The position numbers were made by a program, and so were the translations under genes. The notes beneath the pieces are model-generated. The model had not been told where the DNA came from. It saw only the letters and a program-made list of their open reading frames with translations, and made no database searches. Shown here one piece after another: positions 1 to 8,613 of a stretch of DNA of 64,000 nt (the stretch's first letter is position 1; every line of letters starts with the position of its first letter). The DNA is from an uncultured Cytophagales bacterium (GTDB lineage: Bacteria; Bacteroidota; Bacteroidia; Cytophagales; UBA9547): the NCBI GenBank assembly GCA_945957555.1, contig CAMFLX010000001.1, positions 28,759 through 92,758 of the forward strand, written 5' to 3'.

Positions 1-908
1 GAAATGGTTGAACCCAATGGTAGATTCAAGATCGCCCTTAGGTGTTGCTCAAACTGTGATGTATAATTTGCCTTGATGGTATGATGTCCGCTATTGTGTG
101 GCCTAGGAGCAACTTCGTTCACCAAAACTTGTTGGTCTTTAGTTACAAACATTTCCACGGCCAGGATTCCAACTATACCTAATTTATTAGTTACCTCTAG
201 TGCTATTTTCTTTGCCTTCTCTGCTACTTCTGGCAAAATATTGGCCGGCGCAAACAAGTACTCAACCAAGTTCTTTTCTGGGTGAAACACAAGCTCTACT
301 ACTGGAAATACTGCGATTTCACCTTTTTCATTGCGAGCAGTAATTACCGAAATCTCCTTTTCAAAATCTACAAGTCTCTCTAGAACACTCGCAGACTCAA
401 AACCTTTTTCAATATCCGATACATCCTTTATTTTCATTACCCCTCTGCCATCATAACCACTTTTGCCTAGCTTTTGTACTGCAGGCAATAAATTAAGATG
501 TTTTTTGATATCATCGCGATGATCAATAAGCACAAACTCAGAAGTGGGAATATCGTTATTCTTATAAAACTGCTTTTGTGTCCTTTTATCTTGGATGAGG
601 GCGATTACGTCTGGTTGCGGATATACAGTTTTACCTTCTTTTTGAAGTTTTCTCAGAGCATCAACGTTTACGTTTTCTACTTCAATGGTAATAAGGTCTA
701 AATTCTTACCAAAAGCGTATACATCGTCAAAAGAGGTAGGATCACCCAAGATAAATTTAGAGGCGAATTCTTTGCAAGGAGATGAATCATCTGCGTCGAG
801 AACGGTCGTATGTATATTAAAATCAACACAAGATTGTATAAGCATTCTGCCCAACTGACCTCCTCCTAATATTCCAAGCTTGAAATCTTGGTAAAAGCTT
901 TTATCCAT
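1..908 (-). CDS. purK: N5-carboxyaminoimidazole ribonucleotide synthase (PurK); 3' end runs off the window
   Basis: Absent from the ORF track because there is no stop in the window. My reverse-strand translation from the ATG at 908-906 reads MDKSFYQDFKLGILGGGQLGRMLIQS... and near position 1 reads ...NEVAPRPHNSGHHTIKANYTSQFEQHLRAILNLPLGSTI. GGGQLGRM and APRPHNSGH are PurK/ATP-grasp hallmarks. Confidence 0.85.
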   Translation of the reverse strand, partial: MDKSFYQDFKLGILGGGQLGRMLIQSCVDFNIHTTVLDADDSSPCKEFASKFILGDPTSFDDVYAFGKNLDLITIEVENVNVDALRKLQKEGKTVYPQPDVIALIQDKRTQKQFYKNNDIPTSEFVLIDHRDDIKKHLNLLPAVQKLGKSGYDGRGVMKIKDVSDIEKGFESASVLERLVDFEKEISVITARNEKGEIAVFPVVELVFHPEKNLVEYLFAPANILPEVAEKAKKIALEVTNKLGIVGILAVEMFVTKDQQVLVNEVAPRPHNSGHHTIKANYTSQFEQHLRAILNLPLGSTI

Positions 909-930
909 AGAATATGGTGTAAACCTGTTT

Positions 931-962
931 AAAATGACAAAAGCCCTCCTTTGCAGGAGGGC
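931..962 (-). terminator. intrinsic terminator downstream of the tRNA pair
   Basis: GCCCTCCT (943-950) pairs with AGGAGGGC (955-962) around a TTGC loop. On the minus strand it is followed by TTTTGTCATTTT. Confidence 0.55.
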
Positions 963-966
963 CTTG

Positions 967-1052
967 TACCAGGAGCGGGACTTGAACCCGCACGTCCGTT
1001 ACCGAACACAAGATTTTAAGTCTTGCGTGTCTACCAATTCCACCATCCCGGC
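967..1052 (-). tRNA. tRNA-Leu (anticodon TAA), long variable arm
   Basis: Reverse complement reads GCCGGGATGGTGGAATTGGTAGACACGCAAGACTTAAAATCTTGTGTTCGGTAACGGACGTGCGGGTTCAAGTCCCGCTCCTGGTA. The anticodon loop is CTTAAAA and the T-arm is GCGGGTTCAAGTCCCGC. The acceptor stem pairs with two G-U pairs. Confidence 0.9.
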
Positions 1053-1106
1053 AGAAAAAAAAAAGCCATTGTTTCTTTTTCGGATTCCAATGACTTTGTA
1101 TTTCAG

Positions 1107-1179
1107 AGCGAAAGACGAGACTCGAACTCGCGACCCCAACCTTGGCAAGGTTGTGCTCTACCAACTGAGCTACTTTCGC
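1107..1179 (-). tRNA. tRNA-Gly (anticodon GCC)
   Basis: Reverse complement reads GCGAAAGTAGCTCAGTTGGTAGAGCACAACCTTGCCAAGGTTGGGGTCGCGAGTTCGAGTCTCGTCTTTCGCT. It has a canonical D-loop, a TTGCCAA anticodon loop and a GTTCGAGTC T-loop. Confidence 0.92.
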
Positions 1180-1199
1180 TTATTGTCCCAATGGGATTG

Positions 1200-1207
1200 C
1201 AAAGATA
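1200..1207 (-). promoter_or_regulatory. candidate Bacteroidota -7 box (TATCTTTG) for the tRNA-Gly/tRNA-Leu transcript
   Basis: The minus strand reads TATCTTTG, matching the TAnnTTTG consensus, about 21 nt upstream of the tRNA-Gly 5' end. Confidence 0.35.
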
Positions 1208-1228
1208 GAAACTCATTTTTTAATTGCA

Positions 1229-1250
1229 AAAAATTTTTGAAAAATTTTTG
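1229..1250. repeat. tandem AAAAATTTTTG x2 (A-tract/T-tract) in a divergent promoter region
   Basis: Two adjacent copies read directly at 1229-1239 and 1240-1250, between the tRNA operon and the 1287 gene. Confidence 0.6.
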
Positions 1251-1259
1251 AAAAAAATG

Positions 1260-1267
1260 TATCTTTA
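1260..1267 (+). promoter_or_regulatory. candidate -7 box (TATCTTTA) for the DUF2721-like gene
   Basis: Near-consensus TAnnTTTG element 20 nt upstream of the ATG at 1287. Confidence 0.3.
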
Positions 1268-1286
1268 AATCACAATATACCCCAAA

Positions 1287-1697
1287 ATGACAGAACTAAG
1301 CATCACTACACCCGCGGTACTTTTTCCCGCAATATCACTTCTCTTGTTGGCCTACACCAATAGATACATAGCTATCAGTAACAGAATCAGGATACTACAC
1401 GACGCATATCATAAAGAGAGGAACGACATTGTCATTGACCAGATCCGGATTTTGAAGAAACGAATTAATCTCATTAAAAACATGCAACTCTTTGGGGTTA
1501 TTAGTATTTTCTTTGCCGCCTTTACGATGTTTTTGCTTTTTGAGAATCTTAAAATTTGGCCAACATGGACTTTTTTTATGAGTATGTTAAGTTTATTGGT
1601 TTCTCTAATATTGTCTATTTATGAGATAATGCTCTCCAATAAAGCACTTTTTATATTGCTTAGAGACATAGAAAAAGAAATCGAAAAGGACCATTAA
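1287..1697 (+). CDS. small membrane protein, DUF2721-like
   Basis: 136-aa ORF with hydrophobic N- and C-terminal segments flanking a charged helix (RIRILHDAYHKERND...RILKKRINLIK). This architecture is typical of DUF2721. Confidence 0.55.
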   Translation: MTELSITTPAVLFPAISLLLLAYTNRYIAISNRIRILHDAYHKERNDIVIDQIRILKKRINLIKNMQLFGVISIFFAAFTMFLLFENLKIWPTWTFFMSMLSLLVSLILSIYEIMLSNKALFILLRDIEKEIEKDH

Positions 1698-1732
1698 ATA
1701 TTAAGATAAGCCTTAACTGTGCATAATAGGGT

Positions 1733-2619
1733 TTATTCAAAATAAGATTGATAGGTCTTTGGAAACGTTTCGATTTTCTGGATTTTAATGTCTTTAAAGA
1801 AAACTTCAGTGGCTTCGCTTTGCAACTGAATTTTACCCTTCGTTAAAGGCTTTATGATTGAGCCCTCTTTGTATCTCGAATGTGATAAGGCCATGACTAC
1901 GACTCCATTTACAATATGGACACTTTTGTCCTCAAAACAAATCAACTCCAAGGTATTCCACTGACCATTGGGGTTTTCGGCATGTGGAGCACTTTGACAA
2001 AAATTCCCATTTCCTGTTTCGGAGCCAAAAGCTAATAATTTACCCTCGTTCTTGAATCTGTAGTTTTTAATATCATTGCTGATAGATTGGACGGCTTTGA
2101 TGTCTATCTCAGAACTGGCGATATTCCAGTAGTCCCCCATGCTTTTCTCTATAATCTGAAATTCTTGAGCAAGCATCCAAGAACGCCAATAATCCACACC
2201 ACATTCACCTTGAGAATGATACAAAATACCAGAATCCATGTCTTCGTTCAGTCTTGGAGCCCACTTTTTGTTCCCCACCTCACTTTTAGTTTGAGGTGGT
2301 AGTTTTCAAATATCTCTTTTGTGAAAACACAACCATAAATCTCACCCGTTATTTTAAGCACTGGCTCCCCATTTTCTTCAATCACAGAAAATACTTGACC
2401 CTCATTCCCATTGTAGCCAATAGGCATAATGGTATCGCCATTAGCTGTTACTGGCAGCTCGCCCTTATAACCCACCTGATGTCTATAACTTTGGTATATT
2501 TCCCATTTCGACAAATCTTTGTCAAGTAATGATACCCACCTATTTTGTTTCAAAAAAAAACTACTGACGAGAATAATAGCCAATAAACTAAATAAAGGTA
2601 AATAAGGCCTTAGTTTCAT
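1733..2619 (-). pseudogene. DUF1080 (3-keto-disaccharide hydrolase-like) secreted protein split by a 1-nt frameshift
   Basis: ORFs 2248..2619 (signal peptide ...HLKLKVRWG) and 1733..2278 (GNKKWAPRLNEDMDSGILYH...KGKIQLQSE) overlap and together read as one DUF1080 protein. The frames switch at a G4/A5 homopolymer (plus strand C4 at 2273-2276 and T5 at 2265-2269). Confidence 0.6.
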
Positions 2620-2620
2620 A

Positions 2621-3055
2621 TTATTTCTTGTAGAATAAATATACAGAGATGCCCATAAGTACTAAGCCTGCAAGTCTCTTATAATCGAAAGAGATTTGCT
2701 TTGCACCCATTAATCCAAAATGATCTATCATAGTACTACAAGCAAGTTGACCCACGATTAAAGTGGTGAGTGCCGCCGCGATCCCAATCCTAGGGACTGC
2801 CACGACCATAATCATGATGTAACAAGCTCCTAATAAACCTCCTGTGAGCTGCCACTTGGGTATTTCAAATACACTTTGAAGACTACCCTTTCTGGTAAGA
2901 ATATAAATGATAAACAAAAAAATGGTGCCTACTGTAAATGAGACGAGTGCAGCTTCTATAATACCCACCCTTTTGCCCAACAATCCATTCACACCTGCTT
3001 GTATAGAAGTAGCGGCACCAGCAATCAAAACCAATAGTAAAACGAACCAATTCAT
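2621..3055 (-). CDS. DMT-superfamily membrane protein (DUF606/YdcZ-like)
   Basis: 144 aa with about 5 TM segments. The N-terminus GAATSIQAGVNGLLGKRVG resembles the YdcZ family. Confidence 0.55.
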   Translation of the reverse strand: MNWFVLLLVLIAGAATSIQAGVNGLLGKRVGIIEAALVSFTVGTIFLFIIYILTRKGSLQSVFEIPKWQLTGGLLGACYIMIMVVAVPRIGIAAALTTLIVGQLACSTMIDHFGLMGAKQISFDYKRLAGLVLMGISVYLFYKK

Positions 3056-3094
3056 GAATCTAAAATTATAACAGACGAATATATTTGAGTGATA

Positions 3095-3667
3095 TTATAA
3101 ATACAAACCTTTGAATTTTATATACTTCTCTACCTCTTCTTGAAGCAAATATTTAACAGATTTGTTCTTTTTTATTGACTCTCTTATAAATGTGGCAGAT
3201 ATTTCAAACAATGGCGCTTCTACAAGCTTCACCTTGGGGTGATATACCATATCTGTCTTCGGTGCATAAGGTCGGGGGTATACCAATATTCTGTGATTGT
3301 CCAAAATTTCTTCGTGATTGTGCCAATTGGTGAAATCGGCAATGTTGTCTGCACCCATGATCAAATCAAAAACATCATCAGGGTTATCCTCTCTAATTTT
3401 GCGCAAAGTCACATAGGTATAATTGGGTTTGGACATCGCAAATTCTAGATCGTTTACTTTAAAGTTGGGATTGTCCATAATCGCCAACTCAACCAATCGA
3501 AGTCTGTCATTTTCAGATAATAAGCCCTCAATTTTTTTAAATGGATTTTGTGGAGAAACAACAAACCATACTTGATCTACATATCCAATTTCAATGATGG
3601 AATTGGCGATCACTAAGTGACCTATGTGTATTGGATTGAAAGAACCAAAAAATAGACCTATATGCAT
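3095..3667 (-). CDS. nadD: nicotinate-nucleotide adenylyltransferase
   Basis: N-terminus GLFFGSFNPIHIGHL (GxFxPxHxGH nucleotidyltransferase motif); 190 aa; ISATFIRESIKK near the C-terminus. Confidence 0.9.
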   Translation of the reverse strand: MHIGLFFGSFNPIHIGHLVIANSIIEIGYVDQVWFVVSPQNPFKKIEGLLSENDRLRLVELAIMDNPNFKVNDLEFAMSKPNYTYVTLRKIREDNPDDVFDLIMGADNIADFTNWHNHEEILDNHRILVYPRPYAPKTDMVYHPKVKLVEAPLFEISATFIRESIKKNKSVKYLLQEEVEKYIKFKGLYL

Positions 3668-3726
3668 ATTGGCTTTTAGAAATGTATATTATAAAACACC
3701 CTATGATTGATTTGTTTAAAAACCAA

Positions 3727-4287
3727 TTACTCCTTAGTTTCTCCTATTTCATTATCAACTGTGGCAAAATCCTTTGGCTGAGGCAAGTCTGATAGCGCAC
3801 TAATACCAAAATATTCCAAAAACTTATCGTTGGTGCCATACAATATTGGTCTTCCTACAGTGTCTGCTTTCCCTTTAATTTCTATAATTTCCTTTTCAAG
3901 CAGTTTCTGAACCGCATAGTCACAATTAACACCCCGAATTTGTTCCACCTGTGATTTTGAAATGGGCTGCTTATAAGCGATTATTGAAAGCGTTTCTAGT
4001 GCTGATGCAGATATGCGTTTTTTAGTAGAATTTTTAAGATAAATAGAAAGACTTGTTTGATAAGCGGGCTTTGTAAGGAATTGATAGCCATTGGCTATAT
4101 TAAAAATGCCAAATGAAAAATCATCCGACTCATATTTGTTCACAAGTTGACTTACTGCTTCTTTTATATCCGATTCTTGTACTTGTGCATCAAACATTGC
4201 AGACATACATTCTTGTATCTCTACTATACTCACTGGCTTTTCGGAGCAGAATACGATAGCCTCTATGTGTTTCTTTAGTAACTCCAA
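3727..4287 (-). CDS. scpB: segregation and condensation protein B
   Basis: 186 aa with EAIVFCSEKPVS, ETLSIIAYKQPISKSQVEQIRGV and GRPILYGTNDKFLEYFGI. These are the tandem winged-helix motifs of ScpB. Confidence 0.85.
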   Translation of the reverse strand: MELLKKHIEAIVFCSEKPVSIVEIQECMSAMFDAQVQESDIKEAVSQLVNKYESDDFSFGIFNIANGYQFLTKPAYQTSLSIYLKNSTKKRISASALETLSIIAYKQPISKSQVEQIRGVNCDYAVQKLLEKEIIEIKGKADTVGRPILYGTNDKFLEYFGISALSDLPQPKDFATVDNEIGETKE

Positions 4288-4674
4288 TTATCTATCCCTT
4301 GCTATTTTAGCCTCCGTTGTTTGTTGTGTATGCGGTACTAAGCGTAACCTCTCCTTTGGTATTAATTTACCAGTATCCACACAAATACCATAAGTGCCAT
4401 TTTTTATCCTAATTAGTGCTTTTTCTAGCTGTACTATAAATTTCTGTTGGCGTCCAGCCAATTGGTTATAATTTTCTTTTTCCGCCGTTTCAGCGCCATC
4501 CTCTAGCATCTTTACTGCACCAGCCGTATCATCGGTACCTTGATCGTTTTTTCTGCTCAACTGCTCTTTGTAGTAGTTCAATTCCTTTTTCGCCACCTCA
4601 AGCTTTTCAAGGATCAAATCTTCGAATTCCTTTAATTCTTCATCCGAATACTTTAACTTACCCTCCTGCGACAT
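4288..4674 (-). CDS. DksA/TraR-family protein (degenerate zinc finger)
   Basis: 128 aa with an N-terminal coiled coil and IRIKNGTYGICVDTGKLIPKERLRLVPH in the position of the DksA C4 finger. It abuts the scpB start. Confidence 0.65.
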   Translation of the reverse strand: MSQEGKLKYSDEELKEFEDLILEKLEVAKKELNYYKEQLSRKNDQGTDDTAGAVKMLEDGAETAEKENYNQLAGRQQKFIVQLEKALIRIKNGTYGICVDTGKLIPKERLRLVPHTQQTTEAKIARDR

Positions 4675-4823
4675 AATATCAAGTTTTTAAATTTAATGCG
4701 AATTTAATATATTTTTTAATTCAAATTCGGGTTTACATACGATTTAACAAGATGTTATGTTACAACGGTGCCCTTTTAATCCGTTTTGGACACCCCTCAG
4801 CATGAAAATTTAAAATATTTGTG

Positions 4824-4831
4824 TATGTTTG
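4824..4831 (+). promoter_or_regulatory. candidate -7 box TATGTTTG
   Basis: Matches TAnnTTTG, 22 nt upstream of the ATG at 4854. Confidence 0.3.
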
Positions 4832-4853
4832 TTTACAGTAGGTTTAAAAATCG

Positions 4854-6773
4854 ATGAAAAAATTACTCTTATTCATTATATCTATTATTTGTGTTGCCAA
4901 CTTATTTGGACAAGTAAGTGAGCCAGAAACAAAGGACTCCATAAAAGTTTGTGAAGGCCAAGAAGTGGACGGAATGAGAGAAGGCATTTGGAAATATTAC
5001 CATCCCTCCGGTGCCCTCATCAAAGAAATCTATTTTGAGAATGATACAGCTAACGGAGTTTGGAAAGAATATTATACCAATGGAATACCGAGCTTATTAT
5101 CCTTTTATAAATTTGGAGTGGAAGATAGTATATGGGTGGAATATTCAACAACTGGCCAAAAACTGATAGAAGGAAATTATGATTTAGGCTGGAAAAACGG
5201 TCTTTGGAGGACTTTTGACAACACAGGTCATCTTATTCAAGAATGCAGTTACCAAAACGATTCCCTTAACGGTCCATTTTACAAATACAAACTAGGTGTC
5301 CTCTTAGAAAAATCTAATTATCTGAGGGATAGCCTTGATGGGGAATATGTTAGCTATCACAGCAAGGACAAGATAGCGCTTAAACAATACTTCAAAGGAG
5401 GAAAAGCAAACGGAACCATAGAGGAATATACTGTAAATGGCAACCTAATCTATAAAGGGAAGTATGTAGCAGACAAAAAGGAAGGCGAATGGACTTACTA
5501 CTACGACAATGGCCAGATCAAAATAACCGAAACTTGGAAGGACGACAAATTACTAGAAGTAACTGATTATTATGACCATAAAGGCAAGGTTCTTGCCAAA
5601 AAGAACCTTAAGGCAGGTAATGGTGCAGTAAAATATTTCTACAACTCAGGCAAAATCTCCTCCCTCATCATCCTTAAAAAAGGACTCAAAGATGGACTTT
5701 GCAAGTCTTTTTATGAAAATGGAATCATAAAATCTGAGATTACTTTTAAAAATGGTAAAGAAGTTGGCACCGCTAAAGAATATTATGATTTTGGACAATT
5801 GGCTGCTGAAAGTATCTACAAAAACGGCAATCTCAACGGGATCTACAAAGAGTATTATGAAACTGGCAATAAGAAGGTTTTAGGCTTTTACAAAGACAAC
5901 CTAGAAGACAGCTTATGGATCACCTTTTATAACTCTGGGGCTATTCTCGAAGAAGGGATCTACAAGAAAGGACTCAAGGAAGGGATCTGGACAGAGTATT
6001 TTGAAGATAGTGTAACTGCCGCTGAAGGCAAATATGTGAATGATAAACAAGAGGGAGAGTGGGCTGAATTCTACGAAGATAGTACCCTAGCAACTCTTGG
6101 TGTTTATTACCAGGGTAAAAAAGCTGGGTATTGGGAGAGTTATTTCCCCAATGGGCGCATGTCGATGGAAGGTAGTTTTGAAAACGGCCTTGAGGAAGGT
6201 AAGTGGACCATTTACTACGACAATGGCAAAGTAGAATCTGCAGGTAACTACAGTGCTGGCTTGCAAAATGGTACTTGGAGAGAATATTATGAAAATGGTG
6301 ACCTTAAGGCTTCTGGCAATTACTTCAACGACTTGGAAGATGGCAAATGGGTGAATTTCTACAGAAACAACAAACTTCAACAAGAGGAGGAGTGGAACAA
6401 AGGTAAACTTGTGGAACTTGGTGATTTCTTGGCACAGGATGGATCCAAACTTGATAAGGGCACGTTTAAAAATGGCTCAGGTACCAAGAAATCATATAGT
6501 GAAAACGGAATTTTAGTAGCTGAAGGAGAATTTAAGGAAGGCTTACCCAACGGTGTTTGGACCTATTATCACGAAAACAGTAAAATCTCTGGCAAGGGTA
6601 AAATGTTTAATGGACTTAGAGAAGGCTCTTGGAGCTATTATTTTCCTGATGGCAAGGTACAAGCGGAAGGCAAATATGTGAATGACGAAGTATCTGGTTT
6701 TTGGAAATTCTACAGTGAAGACGGTAGCCCTAAAGAAGAGAAAAACTTCGATATCGACGAAGAGATTGATTAA
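4854..6773 (+). CDS. secreted MORN-variant repeat protein (YwqK-like repeats)
   Basis: 639 aa with a signal peptide. It is almost entirely about 23-aa repeats of the form G.W..Y..NG....EG.Y..G... Confidence 0.75.
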   Translation: MKKLLLFIISIICVANLFGQVSEPETKDSIKVCEGQEVDGMREGIWKYYHPSGALIKEIYFENDTANGVWKEYYTNGIPSLLSFYKFGVEDSIWVEYSTTGQKLIEGNYDLGWKNGLWRTFDNTGHLIQECSYQNDSLNGPFYKYKLGVLLEKSNYLRDSLDGEYVSYHSKDKIALKQYFKGGKANGTIEEYTVNGNLIYKGKYVADKKEGEWTYYYDNGQIKITETWKDDKLLEVTDYYDHKGKVLAKKNLKAGNGAVKYFYNSGKISSLIILKKGLKDGLCKSFYENGIIKSEITFKNGKEVGTAKEYYDFGQLAAESIYKNGNLNGIYKEYYETGNKKVLGFYKDNLEDSLWITFYNSGAILEEGIYKKGLKEGIWTEYFEDSVTAAEGKYVNDKQEGEWAEFYEDSTLATLGVYYQGKKAGYWESYFPNGRMSMEGSFENGLEEGKWTIYYDNGKVESAGNYSAGLQNGTWREYYENGDLKASGNYFNDLEDGKWVNFYRNNKLQQEEEWNKGKLVELGDFLAQDGSKLDKGTFKNGSGTKKSYSENGILVAEGEFKEGLPNGVWTYYHENSKISGKGKMFNGLREGSWSYYFPDGKVQAEGKYVNDEVSGFWKFYSEDGSPKEEKNFDIDEEID

Positions 6774-6887
6774 AACGCCTTGCTATCTTGAAAAAACAAA
6801 TCGACAAACCCTATTAAGATTTCCTTGTCTCAACAATACTTAATGAACTTATAGAAGAAATAGCGCTTTCAAAATTATCAAATCTCT

Positions 6888-6895
6888 TATCTTTG
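6888..6895 (+). promoter_or_regulatory. candidate -7 box TATCTTTG
   Basis: Matches TAnnTTTG, 19 nt upstream of the ATG at 6915. Confidence 0.3.
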
Positions 6896-6914
6896 CAATT
6901 TAGAACGAAGGTAT

Positions 6915-8555
6915 ATGATTTCAGTTGACGGCGTAGCTGTAGAATTTAGCGGAAGAACTCTTTTTAGCGATATCACATTTAACATAAACGAAAAGGACAG
7001 GATCGCCCTCATGGGTAAAAACGGAGCGGGTAAATCCACCTTACTCAAGATCATAGCTGGGGTGGATAAGCCCACTCGCGGTAAAATATCAGCACCAGGC
7101 AATGCCGTGATTGCCTACCTGCCCCAACATTTACTTACTGAAGATAAGTGCACTGTTTTTGAAGAAGCCTCTAAAGCTTTTGCTTCTGTGTTGAATATGA
7201 AAGCAGAAATGGAGGAGCTCAATAAACAATTGGAAACTCGTACAGATTACGAATCTGACGAATATATGACCATCATTGAAAAAGTGTCTGAACTTAGTGA
7301 AAAATATTATTCAATAGAGGAGGTTAACTACGATGCCGAGGTCGAGAAAACTTTGCAAGGACTCGGCTTTGTGAGGGAAGACTTCACAAGATCTACCAGC
7401 GAATTCAGTGGTGGTTGGAGAATGCGCATAGAGCTTGCCAAAATCCTTCTGCAGAATCCCGACTTGATCCTGCTCGATGAGCCCACCAACCATATGGACA
7501 TAGAGTCTATCCAATGGCTGGAAGACTTCTTGATCAACAGTGCCAAGGCGGTCATTGTAATCTCCCACGATAGGGCCTTTGTAGATAACATTACAAACCG
7601 AACCATAGAAGTGACTATGGGACGTATCTATGACTATAAGGTACCTTATACTCAATATCTGCAATTGCGCAAGGAGCGTCGTGAACAGCAACAAAAACAG
7701 TTTGAAGACCAGCAAAAGGAGATTGCTGACATTCAGGAATTTATTGATCGTTTTAAAGGTACCTACTCTAAGACCCTTCAGGTGCAGTCACGTGTGAAAA
7801 TGCTTGAAAAAATAGTGCCTATAGAGGTTGATGAAGTGGATACCTCTGCCCTGAATTTGAAGTTCCCCCCAGCACCGCGTTCAGGAAACTATCCCGTAAT
7901 TGTAGAAAGCCTCACCAAGAAATACGGAGACCACGTGGTTTTCAAAGATGCGAGCATAACCATCGAGCGAGGAGAGACCGTAGCTTTTGTGGGTAAAAAT
8001 GGTGAAGGAAAATCAACTTTGGTCAAAGCTATAATGGGAGAGATTGACTATGAAGGTCAGCTCAAGTTAGGGCACAACTCCATGATAGGGTATTTTGCCC
8101 AAAACCAAGCCTCTTTGTTGGACGAAGACCTTACTGTTTTTCAAACCATAGATAACATAGCCGTTGGTGAAATTCGCACAAAAATCAAGGATATTCTTGG
8201 TGCTTTCATGTTCAGTGGCGATAGTATCAATAAAAAGGTAAGGGTGCTTTCGGGTGGTGAGAAAACCCGCTTAGCCATGATCAAACTCCTACTGGAGCCA
8301 GTAAACCTACTCATATTAGATGAGCCTACGAACCACTTGGACCTTAAGACCAAAGATATTCTGAAAGATGCTCTCAAGGCTTTTGATGGTACCATTATTT
8401 TGGTTTCCCACGACCGTGATTTCTTGAGCGGCCTTGCTACCAAAGTATTTGAGTTTGGCAATAAACGTATTAAAGAACACTTTGAAGACATCAATGGATT
8501 CCTCAGGAACAAGAAAATGGAGAATCTTAAAGAAATTGAGCGAAAAGCTAAGTAA
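6915..8555 (+). CDS. ABC-F family ATPase (two fused ABC cassettes, no TM domain)
   Basis: Two Walker A motifs (GKNGAGKST, GKNGEGKST), two LSGG signatures (FSGGWRMR, LSGGEKTR) and two Walker B motifs (LLDEPTNH, ILDEPTNH) joined by a charged linker. Confidence 0.9.
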   Translation: MISVDGVAVEFSGRTLFSDITFNINEKDRIALMGKNGAGKSTLLKIIAGVDKPTRGKISAPGNAVIAYLPQHLLTEDKCTVFEEASKAFASVLNMKAEMEELNKQLETRTDYESDEYMTIIEKVSELSEKYYSIEEVNYDAEVEKTLQGLGFVREDFTRSTSEFSGGWRMRIELAKILLQNPDLILLDEPTNHMDIESIQWLEDFLINSAKAVIVISHDRAFVDNITNRTIEVTMGRIYDYKVPYTQYLQLRKERREQQQKQFEDQQKEIADIQEFIDRFKGTYSKTLQVQSRVKMLEKIVPIEVDEVDTSALNLKFPPAPRSGNYPVIVESLTKKYGDHVVFKDASITIERGETVAFVGKNGEGKSTLVKAIMGEIDYEGQLKLGHNSMIGYFAQNQASLLDEDLTVFQTIDNIAVGEIRTKIKDILGAFMFSGDSINKKVRVLSGGEKTRLAMIKLLLEPVNLLILDEPTNHLDLKTKDILKDALKAFDGTIILVSHDRDFLSGLATKVFEFGNKRIKEHFEDINGFLRNKKMENLKEIERKAK

Positions 8556-8580
8556 AATTTTAGGCAACTTGTGATGTAAA

Positions 8581-8608
8581 GGCGGACTCTCTCAGTCCGC
8601 CTTTTTTT
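8581..8608. terminator. intrinsic terminator between convergent genes
   Basis: GGCGGACT (8581-8588) pairs with AGTCCGCC (8594-8601) around a CTCTC loop, followed by a T7 run. Confidence 0.8.
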
Positions 8609-8613
8609 ATTAA

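Noticed and set aside
901-1251. Track ORFs 901..1164(-), 934..1251(+) and 1023..1208(+)
   Set aside because: They lie entirely over the two tRNA genes and the terminator hairpin and have no protein-like features.
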